Source: Pseudomonadota bacterium (GTDB lineage Bacteria; UBA10199; 2-02-FULL-44-16; DYJF01). Taken from it: a stretch of DNA of 64,000 nt. Shown here one piece after another: positions 56,236-64,000 of the stretch. The notes beneath the pieces are model-generated. The model made no database searches and had not been told where the DNA came from. It worked only from the letters and a program-made list of their open reading frames with translations. The position numbers and the translations under genes were made by a program. The stretch covers positions 96,001 through 160,000 of the forward strand of contig JBDRBB010000010.1 of assembly GCA_043823065.1 (NCBI GenBank), read 5' to 3'. Within the stretch, counting starts at the first letter, position 1, and the number at the start of each line of letters is the position of its first letter.

Positions 56236-56577
56236 ATGTCTGTAAATCAACTAAATCAAGCTGGTATTATTAATGAAGCTAACCAGATCTTAGCTGATTT
56301 TGGCTTATTAGATAGACCAGCGCCAGTTAGCCCAGAACCTGAACAAACAAGTTTTGATTCAGCTCAATACCGCAGAATAACCGAATCCAATGGCCAGATA
56401 CGGGCTGGGCTGTTTGGTAGACCGCAATTTAGGGGTCGCAGTGAAATAGATGTGACTAGACTTAGCGCTACTTTAGCAAACGTTGATCCTGCAGTTGCAG
56501 CCAGGGTTATTGCTGAATTGCCAGCTGATATAGCTGGTCAAGTTTTGGCAGAAGGCATTAATAGCATAGATTTATAA
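56236..56577 (+). CDS. Hypothetical protein, C-terminal FliG/MgtE-N-like helical motif
   Basis: Strong SD AGGAGG; LANVDPAVAARVIAELPADIAGQVL. Confidence 0.7.
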   Translation: MSVNQLNQAGIINEANQILADFGLLDRPAPVSPEPEQTSFDSAQYRRITESNGQIRAGLFGRPQFRGRSEIDVTRLSATLANVDPAVAARVIAELPADIAGQVLAEGINSIDL

Positions 56578-56587
56578 GGGGGCTCCT

Positions 56588-56902
56588 ATGGCAAAAAATA
56601 AAAAATGGACCAAAGAAAAATTACTTAAAGTTTTTGAACTGCTAATTGAAAGCGATCATCCAATTGTTAGCCATAAAGAATTTAGAAAACGTCTTGATCG
56701 TGATCGAAATTTACTTGCCAATCAAATCATCCGCCAAGCCAATGGTAACATAGCTTACCGGTCTGTTGATTGTGATCCTCTCAATTTAAGTGATGAAGAA
56801 TTTTGGGAATATATTGATAATACCCAATATTCAGACATGATTGAAGAAAATGCTGCTGTGGCTATTCTAAAGATGGCGGAAAAATTAGAGCTGAACAGCT
56901 AA
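56588..56902 (+). CDS. Hypothetical protein
   Basis: SD AGGGGG; 10 bp downstream of the previous ORF. Confidence 0.65.
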   Translation: MAKNKKWTKEKLLKVFELLIESDHPIVSHKEFRKRLDRDRNLLANQIIRQANGNIAYRSVDCDPLNLSDEEFWEYIDNTQYSDMIEENAAVAILKMAEKLELNS

Positions 56903-56952
56903 TAATTTAAAAAAACCGCGCAACAAATTCCAAAAATCGCCGATAATAATAG

Positions 56953-57113
56953 TGGATGGTGAAAATTAGGTTTAGGAAAGATCGCCATCATCAACTGTGG
57001 GGGAGCCTTTATAATGAAAAGGGCCACAGCTGATGTCAAAAAATATAATAAAATCATTTAGTTATAAATAGCAAATAGGGATTGGAGTATAATACACTCA
57101 AATCCCTATTTTT
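56953..57113 (+). ncRNA. Putative sRNA 2 (sigma28-like promoter, two hairpins, terminator)
   Basis: GCAA-N15-GCCGATAA at 56920-56946; GATGGTGA..TCGCCATC and CATCAACTGTGG..CCACAGCTGATG hairpins; AAATAGGGATT..AATCCCTATTTTT. Confidence 0.45.
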
Positions 57114-57129
57114 GTTCTTTGAAATATTG

Positions 57130-57202
57130 TGGGCAGGGAGGGAATTGAACCCCCGACACGTAGATTTTCAGTCTACTGCTCTACCGACTGAGCTACCTGC
57201 CC
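57130..57202 (-). tRNA. tRNA-Phe(GAA), CCA not encoded
   Basis: GGGCAGG/CCTGCCC acceptor stem, GTAGA-CTGAAAA-TCTAC, GGTTCAATTCC. Confidence 0.96.
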
Positions 57203-57512
57203 TTAAAAAACGTCTGGCAACATAGATTATCACCAGATAGGTGTCAAGTATTGTTGCTTTTGACTACTTGAAATAAAAATTTGGCTTAGAAATTAAGCAA
57301 AAAAAATGATTAATGGAAGTGGCAAATTAGAGGTGGCCTTATTGCTGTTTGAAAAATAAAGTTTTAAATTCTTTTTAAAAAACGCGGTGTTGCAAGTTGA
57401 CGGTGTTTCTAAGGTATGGTATATAAGCATCTGGTTCAGTAAAGCTAAAATGATATAACTTGTTAATATTACTGAACAAATTTGAGCTTGTAAATAAAAA
57501 AGGGAGGATTAA

Positions 57513-58025
57513 ATGTCAGAGAAGCGGTCAGTTCTAAATCCAGAATTCAAGGTGGGAGATGTCGCAGTTTATCCAGCCCATGGAGTGGGTAAAGTCCATT
57601 CTATAGAAGAAAGAGAAATTGCCGGTAATAAGCATAAATTTTATATCCTTAAAATTTTAGATAGCGGCATGACCATTATGGTTCCCACAGGCAATGTTAG
57701 AAATGTGGGGCTAAGAGAAGTAGTTAGCCAAAGTGAAGTAGAGGTGGTTTATGATATTTTGCGCGAGCGCGATATTTCTATTAATGAACAGACCTGGAAT
57801 CGTCGCTATCGCGAATATATGGATAAAATTAAAACCGGCTCTGTTTATGAAGTAGCCGAAGTTTTAAGAGATTTAATGCTTTTGCGCTATGAAAAAGAGC
57901 TGTCTTTTGGTGAACGCAAAATGCTAGATACAGCTCGCGGATTGTTAGTTAAAGAACTAGCAATTGCTGAAGAAACAGAAGAAGAAGAAATAGCTGAGCA
58001 AATTGATGATATTTTCACTAATTAA
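57513..58025 (+). CDS. carD: CarD/CdnL transcriptional regulator
   Basis: FKVGDVAVYPAHGVG, TWNRRYR, LSFGERKML. Confidence 0.93.
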   Translation: MSEKRSVLNPEFKVGDVAVYPAHGVGKVHSIEEREIAGNKHKFYILKILDSGMTIMVPTGNVRNVGLREVVSQSEVEVVYDILRERDISINEQTWNRRYREYMDKIKTGSVYEVAEVLRDLMLLRYEKELSFGERKMLDTARGLLVKELAIAEETEEEEIAEQIDDIFTN

Positions 58026-58056
58026 AGAATAAAGGGTCCAAAAAAGGGTAAGAAAA

Positions 58057-58090
58057 TAAGGTGCCAAGCAAGATTTGGCACCTTTTTTAT
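58057..58090 (+). terminator. Terminator after carD
   Basis: AAGGTGCCAA..TTGGCACCTTTTTT. Confidence 0.75.
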
Positions 58091-58127
58091 TGAGATATAA
58101 GACATAAGCTGCTAGCAATCACCCTCT

Positions 58128-58805
58128 ATGAATATAGGTGTAATCATCGCCGCAGGCGGCATAGGTCAGAGAATGGGTGGAAATAGGCCCAAGCAGTTTT
58201 TAGAAATTGCCGGCCAGCCTATTATCCATCACACCCTGCAAGTTTTTCAAAATATGGAAGAGGTTAAGGAAGTTGTAATAGTTTTGGCCAAGGATTATGT
58301 AGAATCATTTCAATATCAAGGTCCAAAACATTGGCAAGTAATCCCAGGTGGTAAACAGAGACAAGATTCAGTTAGTAATGGTCTAAAGGTAATTTCAGAT
58401 AATTGTGAAGTTGTGTTAATTCATGATGCAGCCCGTCCTTTTATTAGCCAAGATTTAATTAAACAAGTAGCTAAGCAGGCCCTAAATCATGGGGCAGCTA
58501 TTTTAGCTTGCCCTATAAAAGAAACTATAAAAATGGTAAATTCGCAAAATACTATAATAGAAACCATAGATCGCAGCAAACTTTGGGCAGCGCAAACTCC
58601 GCAAGGTTTTGAACTTAAACTTTTTAGAAAAGCTATGCAGGCGGCAAATGAAGCTGGATATGTGGGAACCGATGACGCCAGTTTGGTGGAGAGACTTGGG
58701 AATAAGGTCCACCTAGTTGAAGGTGATTCCAGAAATATTAAGATTACCACTCCTGAGGATTTGGTGATTGCCGAAGCAATTGCTAAAGGTTGGAAAGAAA
58801 AATGA
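58128..58805 (+). CDS. ispD: MEP cytidylyltransferase
   Basis: AAGGIGQRMG, RQDSV, IHDAARP, QTPQGF, TDDAS, NIKITTPED. Confidence 0.96.
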   Translation: MNIGVIIAAGGIGQRMGGNRPKQFLEIAGQPIIHHTLQVFQNMEEVKEVVIVLAKDYVESFQYQGPKHWQVIPGGKQRQDSVSNGLKVISDNCEVVLIHDAARPFISQDLIKQVAKQALNHGAAILACPIKETIKMVNSQNTIIETIDRSKLWAAQTPQGFELKLFRKAMQAANEAGYVGTDDASLVERLGNKVHLVEGDSRNIKITTPEDLVIAEAIAKGWKEK

Positions 58806-59278
58806 ATAGAATAGGTATTGGATACGACATTCATAAGTTGGTAGAGGGTCGAAAATTAATTTTGGGCGGTGTAGAGATTCCTTTTGAAAAAGGTTTGCTA
58901 GGTCACTCAGACGGCGATGCCTTGTTGCATGCTATTGCAGATGCCTTGTTAGGAGCAGCTAGCTTAGGTGATATTGGTCAGCATTTTCCAGACAATGACC
59001 CTGCTTATAAAAATGCTGATAGCAAAGAACTCTTAAAAACAGTGGCTAAGTTGATTTCAGAAAATGGTTATCAAGTAGTAAATATTGATTCGAATATCAT
59101 TATCCAAAAACCAAAACTAGCGCCCTACTTAGACAAAATGTCTCAAACTATTGCCGAAATTTTGAATATAGAGCAAGATCAAGTAAATGTAAAAGCTAGA
59201 TCTAATGAGGGTTTGGGAGATATAGGCCAAGGTCTAGCAGCAGCAACTCAAGCAGTAGTGATCATCTCCAGGGGCTAA
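58802..59278 (+). CDS. ispF: MECDP synthase
   Basis: RIGIGYDIH, GHSDGD, DIGQHFP; start MNRIG at 58802. Confidence 0.96.
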   Translation: MNRIGIGYDIHKLVEGRKLILGGVEIPFEKGLLGHSDGDALLHAIADALLGAASLGDIGQHFPDNDPAYKNADSKELLKTVAKLISENGYQVVNIDSNIIIQKPKLAPYLDKMSQTIAEILNIEQDQVNVKARSNEGLGDIGQGLAAATQAVVIISRG

Positions 59279-59281
59279 TTT

Positions 59282-60763
59282 ATGACACTTAATCTTTATA
59301 ATACTTTGCACAACCAGAAGGAAGAATTTGAGCCGCTTAAGTCAGGTAAAATTGGCATGTATGTTTGCGGGATCACAGCCTATGATTCTTGTCATTTGGG
59401 CCATGCCCGGGCTGCTATTGTTTTTGATGTTATTGTTCGTTATTTAAGATTTAGTGGTTATGATGTTACTTATATCAGAAACTATACAGATATAGACGAT
59501 AAAATTATTAAACGGGCTAATCAAGAAAACTTGTCTTGTCAGGAAATTGCTACGCGTTATATCCAAGAATATGAAGAAGATATGGCAGCGCTAGGTGTGC
59601 AAAACCCAGATCAAACGCCAAAGGCCACTGAGCATATTCCAGAGATGATTGCTGCTATAGAAAAATTAATTCAAAAAGATTTAGCCTATGAAGTAAATGG
59701 CAGCATCTATTTTAGTGTTAGAAAATTTGCTGGTTATGGAAAATTATCTGGAAAAAATATTGAAGAGCTAGAATCAGGAGCAAGAATAGATGTGGATGAA
59801 ACAAAACAAGATCCCCTGGATTTTGCATTATGGAAAGCTTCCAAACCAGGTGAGCCTAAGTGGTCCTCTCCTTGGGGAGAAGGTCGGCCTGGGTGGCATA
59901 TTGAATGTTCAGTCATGAGCTCCAAATATTTGGGTCAGCCTTTTGATATTCATGGCGGCGGTCGCGATTTAGTATTTCCTCATCATGAAAATGAAATCGC
60001 TCAAGCCGAAGGGGCTTGCGGATGTGAGTTTGCGCGTTATTGGCTGCACAATGGTTTTATTAATATTAATGCGGAAAAAATGAGCAAATCTTTGGGTAAT
60101 ATAAAAACAATTAAAGATATTAGATCAATTTTTGATTATGAAGTTATTCGCTATTTTCTTTTGGCCAATCATTACCGCTCTCCCATTGATTATACCGAGG
60201 ATAATGTAACCAATGCTGAGCGGGCAGTGGTTAGTTATTATGCTTCTTTAGAGCATATTATGGAAGCTGCCAAAAATTATAATGCAAACGTGAATCTAAA
60301 ACTAAATGATTATGAACAAGATTTACTGCAAGCCATTAAAGGATTTAGAACTGAATTTCAAAAAGCCATGGATGATGATTTTAACACCGCTTCAGCCATT
60401 GCCCGCATTTTTGATTTAATTCGCGAAGTAAATGGTTATGTAATTAATAAACAAAAGCAATCTGCAAAAGATGCTAAGGCCAAGCTGGCAAAAGCATATT
60501 TGGAATCAATCAAAGAAGTCAGCCAGGTTTTAGGTTTTTTTGGTTCAGAGTATCAAGAGTTTGTGAATCGACAAAATAAACTTGGCTTAAAAAGATTCAA
60601 TTTAGAGCAAGACCAAGTGGAAGATTTAATTGCCCAGCGTAGCCAAGCCAGAAAAGATAAAAATTTTGGCAAAGCAGATGAAATTCGCGCCCAGTTACAA
60701 GACATGCATATTGAAGTTAAAGATCGTCCAGATGGTGCCACTGATTGGATGGTAAGGATTTAA
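59282..60763 (+). CDS. cysS: Cysteinyl-tRNA synthetase
   Basis: [31 protein letters not shown]. Confidence 0.98.
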   Translation: MTLNLYNTLHNQKEEFEPLKSGKIGMYVCGITAYDSCHLGHARAAIVFDVIVRYLRFSGYDVTYIRNYTDIDDKIIKRANQENLSCQEIATRYIQEYEEDMAALGVQNPDQTPKATEHIPEMIAAIEKLIQKDLAYEVNGSIYFSVRKFAGYGKLSGKNIEELESGARIDVDETKQDPLDFALWKASKPGEPKWSSPWGEGRPGWHIECSVMSSKYLGQPFDIHGGGRDLVFPHHENEIAQAEGACGCEFARYWLHNGFININAEKMSKSLGNIKTIKDIRSIFDYEVIRYFLLANHYRSPIDYTEDNVTNAERAVVSYYASLEHIMEAAKNYNANVNLKLNDYEQDLLQAIKGFRTEFQKAMDDDFNTASAIARIFDLIREVNGYVINKQKQSAKDAKAKLAKAYLESIKEVSQVLGFFGSEYQEFVNRQNKLGLKRFNLEQDQVEDLIAQRSQARKDKNFGKADEIRAQLQDMHIEVKDRPDGATDWMVRI

Positions 60764-62742
60764 TGTTTAAGCTTCACACAGAATTTTCGCCAGCAGGTGA
60801 CCAGCCCCAAGCAATCGAAAAACTTACCCAGGGAATTCTTAAAGGCCAGAAATATCAAGTTTTGATGGGAGTAACAGGTAGCGGCAAAACTTTTTCCATG
60901 GCGCACGTCATTGCCAATGTTAGTAAACCAACCTTGATCATGGCGCCCAATAAAACCTTGGCCGCCCAGCTTTACGCTGAATTCAAAGACTTATTTCCTG
61001 AAAATGCAGTTGAATATTTTATTAGTTATTATGATTATTACCAGCCTGAAGCTTATCTTCCTGCCCAAGATTTATATATAGAAAAAGATTCAGCAATTAA
61101 TGAGCAAATCGATAAGCTGCGCCATTCAGCAACCCACAGCCTATTAACCAGAAGAGATGTGATTATTGTTGCCTCAGTTTCTTGCATCTATGGTTTGGGT
61201 TCGCCAGAAGCCTACCAAGGAATGCTGGTGCGTTTAAAAGCTGGAAAAAATCTGGATCGCCAGGAATTATTATCCAAACTCATTGAGATCCAATATGAAC
61301 GCAATGATTATGATTTTCACCGCGGAACTTTTCGGGTGCGCGGGGATGTTGTAGAAGTGTTTCCGACCTATGAAGATGCCAAGGCAGTTCGCTTTGAGTT
61401 TTTTGGAGATGAACTGGAAAAAATTATAGAAATAGATTCTTTAACTGCCAAACAATTAGGTGAGTTAAAAGAAGCAGCGATTTATCCAGCCAGTCATTAT
61501 GTTACTGAGCAAGAGCGCCTAAAACAGGCTATTCAAGGAATTAAGCAAGAGCTGGCAAGTCAAATAGAGTTTTTTCATAAGCATAATAAAGTATTAGAAA
61601 AAGCGCGTATTGAACAGCGCACCAGATTTGATTTGGAAATGATTGAAGAAATTGGTTTTTGTAAAGGCATTGAAAACTATTCTCGATATTTAACCGGTCG
61701 GGAAGCTGGCCAGCCTCCACCGACTTTAATTGAATATTTTCCGCGCGACTTTTTGTTATTCATGGATGAAAGCCATATTTCCGTGCCTCAAGTTAATGGT
61801 ATGTATCATGGGGATCGCTCGCGCAAACAAACTTTGGTAGAACATGGATTTAGACTGCCTTCAGCTTTGGATAATCGTCCACTCAAATTTGAGGAATTTG
61901 AACAAAACATTAATCAAGCAATTTTTGTTTCAGCAACACCTAGTGATTATGAAATGCAAAAAGTTAATGGCCAAGTTGTAGAACAAGTAATTAGGCCAAC
62001 AGGTCTAATGGATCCAGAAGTTGAAGTGCGCAAAACCGGGAATCAACTAGATGACTTGTTGTCAGAAATTAAACTCAGGGTGCAAAAACACGAAAGAGTT
62101 TTAGTGACCACCTTAACTAAACGCATGGCCGAGGAGTTAACTGAATATTTAAAAAACAAAGGACAAAAAGTACGTTATCTACATTCAGATGTTGAATCTT
62201 TGGAGCGCGTGGAAATTATTCGCGCTTTGCGCAAAGGTGAATTTGATGTGCTGGTTGGTATAAATTTATTAAGAGAGGGGCTTGATCTACCAGAAGTTTC
62301 TTTAGTAGCCATCTTAGATGCAGATAAAGAAGGTTTTTTAAGATCAGAAAGATCTTTAATTCAAACTTTTGGCAGGACTGCCCGCAATGTAAATGGCCGA
62401 GTAATTTTATATGCTGACAGCCAAACCAAATCTATGAAAAAAGCCATGGCAGAAACCAGCCGGCGTCGCCAAATTCAAGGAGAATATAATATTAAACATG
62501 GTATTACTCCAGAAAGCATAAAAAAGAAGATAAGCGATGTTTTGCATTCTATTTATGAAGCAGATTATGCCAAGGTCCCGGATATTGAAGAAGAGATAGA
62601 ATTTTCAGTTGAAGAGCTACCCAAACATATTGAAAGTTTAAGACGGCAGATGCTAAAAGCAGCTAAAAGATTGGATTTTGAAACAGCAGCCCAGATTAGG
62701 GATAAAATTAAATATTTGGAAACCAAGGCTCTTATCGTATAA
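60763..62742 (+). CDS. uvrB: Excinuclease ABC subunit B
   Basis: [36 protein letters not shown]; start MFKLH overlaps the cysS stop. Confidence 0.98.
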   Translation: MFKLHTEFSPAGDQPQAIEKLTQGILKGQKYQVLMGVTGSGKTFSMAHVIANVSKPTLIMAPNKTLAAQLYAEFKDLFPENAVEYFISYYDYYQPEAYLPAQDLYIEKDSAINEQIDKLRHSATHSLLTRRDVIIVASVSCIYGLGSPEAYQGMLVRLKAGKNLDRQELLSKLIEIQYERNDYDFHRGTFRVRGDVVEVFPTYEDAKAVRFEFFGDELEKIIEIDSLTAKQLGELKEAAIYPASHYVTEQERLKQAIQGIKQELASQIEFFHKHNKVLEKARIEQRTRFDLEMIEEIGFCKGIENYSRYLTGREAGQPPPTLIEYFPRDFLLFMDESHISVPQVNGMYHGDRSRKQTLVEHGFRLPSALDNRPLKFEEFEQNINQAIFVSATPSDYEMQKVNGQVVEQVIRPTGLMDPEVEVRKTGNQLDDLLSEIKLRVQKHERVLVTTLTKRMAEELTEYLKNKGQKVRYLHSDVESLERVEIIRALRKGEFDVLVGINLLREGLDLPEVSLVAILDADKEGFLRSERSLIQTFGRTARNVNGRVILYADSQTKSMKKAMAETSRRRQIQGEYNIKHGITPESIKKKISDVLHSIYEADYAKVPDIEEEIEFSVEELPKHIESLRRQMLKAAKRLDFETAAQIRDKIKYLETKALIV

Positions 62743-62777
62743 CTTACTGAAAAGAATTGATTTTATCCTTAGTTGGT

Positions 62778-62863
62778 GTCATTCTGATACCTACAAAATA
62801 GGGCGAAGAATCTCAAAAAGCTTGGGGATTCTTCTCCTTCGACAAGCTCAGGATCAGGATTGC
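62778..62863. repeat. Composite REP-like element after uvrB
   Basis: GTCATTCTGA..GAAGAATCTC..GATTCTTC with nested TCCTTCGACAAGCTCAGGA. Confidence 0.65.
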
Positions 62864-62893
62864 TTAGAAAATACAAAAATTTGCATTTTCTAA

Positions 62894-62923
62894 GCAACTT
62901 TTTGGTTAGATTAGTCGATAATA
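62894..62923 (+). promoter_or_regulatory. sigma28-like promoter upstream of the porin gene
   Basis: GCAA-N16-GTCGATAATA; same motif as at 55137 and 56920. Confidence 0.5.
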
Positions 62924-62975
62924 TTTATAAAATATAAAATAGCGGAACTTGTATGTGTAATCGAAAGGAGTATTT

Positions 62976-64000
62976 ATGAGGAAGTTTTTAGTTGTTTTGG
63001 TAGTTGTTTTTGCAGTTGCTCTCCCAAGTTTTAGTTTTGCAGATGCTGGTTATGATGGTGGTTTTTATATTAAAAATTCTGAAGATACATTTAAACTTAA
63101 AATTAATGGTCGCATTCAACCAGAATTTTTCTTTACCAAACAAACCATTGCTCCGACTAAGCAAGCTAGCTTTGGTTTAAGAAGGGCTGAAACTTCCTTT
63201 ACTGCCACGATTAGAGAAAAACTTAGCTTTGGAGTTGGTTTTAAACATGCCACTAACTCTCAAGATTTTTCCGGTGTAAATATTACTGGGGGCACAATGT
63301 CTTATGAATTTGTGCCAGAGTTTACTATCACCGCTGGTATGGTTGGACTTCCTTTAAGCATGATGGCTGACATGAGTTCTAAATGGTTTCTTTTAACCAG
63401 ATCTCCTATTACTGATGTTCAAGACGATGGTGTTGAAGATTTTACAATTCCCAGATTAAGCTTTAGTGTTCCAGATGGTTTAGGCCTAAATTTTTCCGGT
63501 AGCAGGTGGAAATTTTATTATTCGCTTAGTGTAGTCAATGGCGCTGAATCTAATTATACCTGGAATACTAATAATAGATTTTCTTTTGGTGCCAGGGTTG
63601 GTTTTAATATCTTAGGTTCAGTTGGTGGTTCAATGACTGACTTTGCCTGTTCAGATGCTCCCAATTTGGCAGTTAGCCTTGGCAGTATGTATCAAGCTAA
63701 ACGTAATTATTTTGTTGGCGCTAATAACACTACTAACCCAACTCAAATTGGATATTTATGGACCTCTAGCGCAGGTATTGCGTTGCGTTGGGGAGGTTTT
63801 TCGCTTACTACTGAAGGTTACTGGCGTCGCACCAAAATTAATGCCCAAGGAGCTGCTGTTTGGTGGAGACCAAAACTTGATGATATTGGTTATTATGCTG
63901 CAGTTGGTTACTATATTGTACCCAAGACTTTTGAAGTGGCCCTGCAGGCCGGGCAAATTATTCGTGAAGGCCCAGATAACAACTCTCATTCTTTTGGTGG
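62976..64000 (+). CDS. OprO/OprP-like porin, truncated by the window end (not in the ORF track)
   Basis: Manual translation MRKFLVVLVVVFAVALPSFSFADAGYDGGFYIKNSEDTFKLKINGRIQ..; SD AAGGAG. Confidence 0.75.
   Translation, partial: MRKFLVVLVVVFAVALPSFSFADAGYDGGFYIKNSEDTFKLKINGRIQPEFFFTKQTIAPTKQASFGLRRAETSFTATIREKLSFGVGFKHATNSQDFSGVNITGGTMSYEFVPEFTITAGMVGLPLSMMADMSSKWFLLTRSPITDVQDDGVEDFTIPRLSFSVPDGLGLNFSGSRWKFYYSLSVVNGAESNYTWNTNNRFSFGARVGFNILGSVGGSMTDFACSDAPNLAVSLGSMYQAKRNYFVGANNTTNPTQIGYLWTSSAGIALRWGGFSLTTEGYWRRTKINAQGAAVWWRPKLDDIGYYAAVGYYIVPKTFEVALQAGQIIREGPDNNSHSFG

Noticed and set aside
52252..57202. Both tRNAs lack an encoded CCA
   Set aside because: Common in many bacteria with CCA-adding enzymes; the cloverleaves are intact, so they are not pseudogenes

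Overview
AT-rich bacterial chromosome window. The gene content (carD-ispD-ispF-cysS, ldcA-serine hydrolase-mpl, KamD-like, CTERM-anchored protease) suggests a Deltaproteobacteria-grade lineage; this is inference. It spans the replication origin (gyrB-dnaN-oriC-dnaA / rpmH-rnpA-yidD-yidC) and carries envelope and peptidoglycan-recycling genes, groES/EL with a CIRCE, a TPP riboswitch-thi4 unit, tRNA-Asn, tRNA-Phe and uvrB. The main accessory region is an ~8 kb integrative element (43996-52055) inserted into a duplicated tRNA-Asn 3' end. Its serine integrase is split by its own att site and internally deleted. Its cargo is a SpoVG/Rep module, HNH-Fic, and a coupled UvrD helicase plus Cas4-like/RNase H (TM0106) nuclease pair, a candidate defence system. 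Other notable items: two families of dispersed structured repeats with strongly covarying outer stems, two putative sigma28-type sRNAs, a subtilase next to a stand-alone lipoprotein copy of its own prodomain, a CDP-alcohol transferase/phosphodiesterase fusion, and a palindromic element inserted in frame in a 5'-nucleotidase. All calls come from motif reading; no searches were run.
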